Source of the DNA: Chara braunii
Lineage: Eukaryota; Plantae; Charophyceae
DNA: 64,000 nt
NCBI GenBank assembly: GCA_003427395.1
Contig: BFEA01000025.1
Coordinates: 1,616,888 to 1,680,887 of the forward strand
Direction: 5' to 3'
The position numbers and the translations under genes were made by a program. This document shows positions 63,101-64,000 of the stretch, one piece after another (the stretch's first letter is position 1; every line of letters begins with the position of its first letter). The notes beneath the pieces were generated by a model. It worked only from the letters and a program-made list of their open reading frames with translations, was not told the origin of the DNA and did no database searches.

Positions 63101-64000
63101 NNNNNNNNNNNNNNNNNNNNNNNNNNNNNNNNNNNNNNNNNNNNNNNNNNNNNNNNNNNNNNNNNNNNNNNNNNNNNNNNNNNNNNNNNNNNNNNNNNNN
63201 NNNNNNNNNNNNNNNNNNNNNNNNNNNNNNNNNNNNNNNNNNNNNNNNNNNNNNNNNNNNNNNNNNNNNNNNNNNNNNNNNNNNNNNNNNNNNNNNNNNN
63301 NNNNNNNNNNNNNNNNNNNNNNNNNNNNNNNNNNNNNNNNNNNNNNNNNNNNNNNNNNNNNNNNNNNNNNNNNNNNNNNNNNNNNNNNNNNNNNNNNNNN
63401 NNNNNNNNNNNNNNNNNNNNNNNNNNNNNNNNNNNNNNNNNNNNNNNNNNNNNNNNNNNNNNNNNNNNNNNNNNNNNNNNNNNNNNATGATTCCCTCGCC
63501 AAAGGAATGCCACCAGTTGCTTTTTCAGTCTCCTGATGTTACCTTTTCCAAGTTGTTAGAGGTCTGATTTGTACCAAATCGATGCCAGTACCACATTGTT
63601 TATGATAAGTGCCCTCCCAAAAATGAAGGTGTTTTTATTTGCCCATTTCTGCATCTTATCCAGAGCCGGCCTACTAATCCATTCGTCATTGTCTTCTGGT
63701 GGTCCTAAGGCTGAGAGTACCACCCCCAAGACTCTAATTTGTTCCTCTAGGGGTCTCCAGTCTACCTTGGGCTGTTCTGGGGGACGAACGGCATGAAAGT
63801 GGATCCACCAGCCTTGCGTTTTGCTTCCCCAAATGACCGACATATCGGACACCGAGGTGAAATGGCCCATCAGAGCTTGAATTTCCTCCATATTATTGTG
63901 GGTGGCCTTGACTATTATTGTGAGGTCGTCTGCAAACGTCGAGTATACCGATATGGCTTCTTCTGGGATACCCGACAAACGGAGCCTGAAATTTTTTTTG
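60172..64000 (-). mobile_element. L1/Tx1-type LINE, ORF2 C-terminal half and 3' UTR, continuing beyond the window
   Basis: TFADDLT, GRALIINNV, PKTRGGLGL, WQICHGCLPT, ETIEHIF; T-run 60173-60184; related to the 52439 LINE. Confidence 0.92.

Overview
Eukaryotic, repeat-saturated scaffold window with 9 assembly gaps and no intact host gene. The plant-type U2, nad7 fragment, plant A1-protease exon and trihelix relic point to a green plant or alga; the overall style resembles a charophyte such as Chara, which is inference. It holds two near-full-length Ty3/Gypsy chromoviruses (8002-~17000 and 26135-36038, + strand) and an older Gypsy relic (47600-51365, -). It also holds three L1/Tx1-type LINEs (-), a Penelope-like element with a decayed type I hammerhead ribozyme (~38400-41430, -), and PIF/Harbinger transposase and trihelix/Myb pseudogenes. 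Smaller items are a family of non-autonomous DNA transposons with CT...AG ends and 8-bp TSDs, several MITE-like foldbacks, tRNA-like SINE heads, a truncated polyadenylated U2 snRNA copy, a ~100-bp nad7 organellar insert and an orphan aspartic-protease exon. The most notable observations are a nearly canonical type III hammerhead ribozyme at 57241-57296 (-) between two ~1.2-kb direct repeats that each carry another hammerhead-core-like motif, and an RGRP (AT-hook-like) insert in the chromodomain of both chromoviruses.
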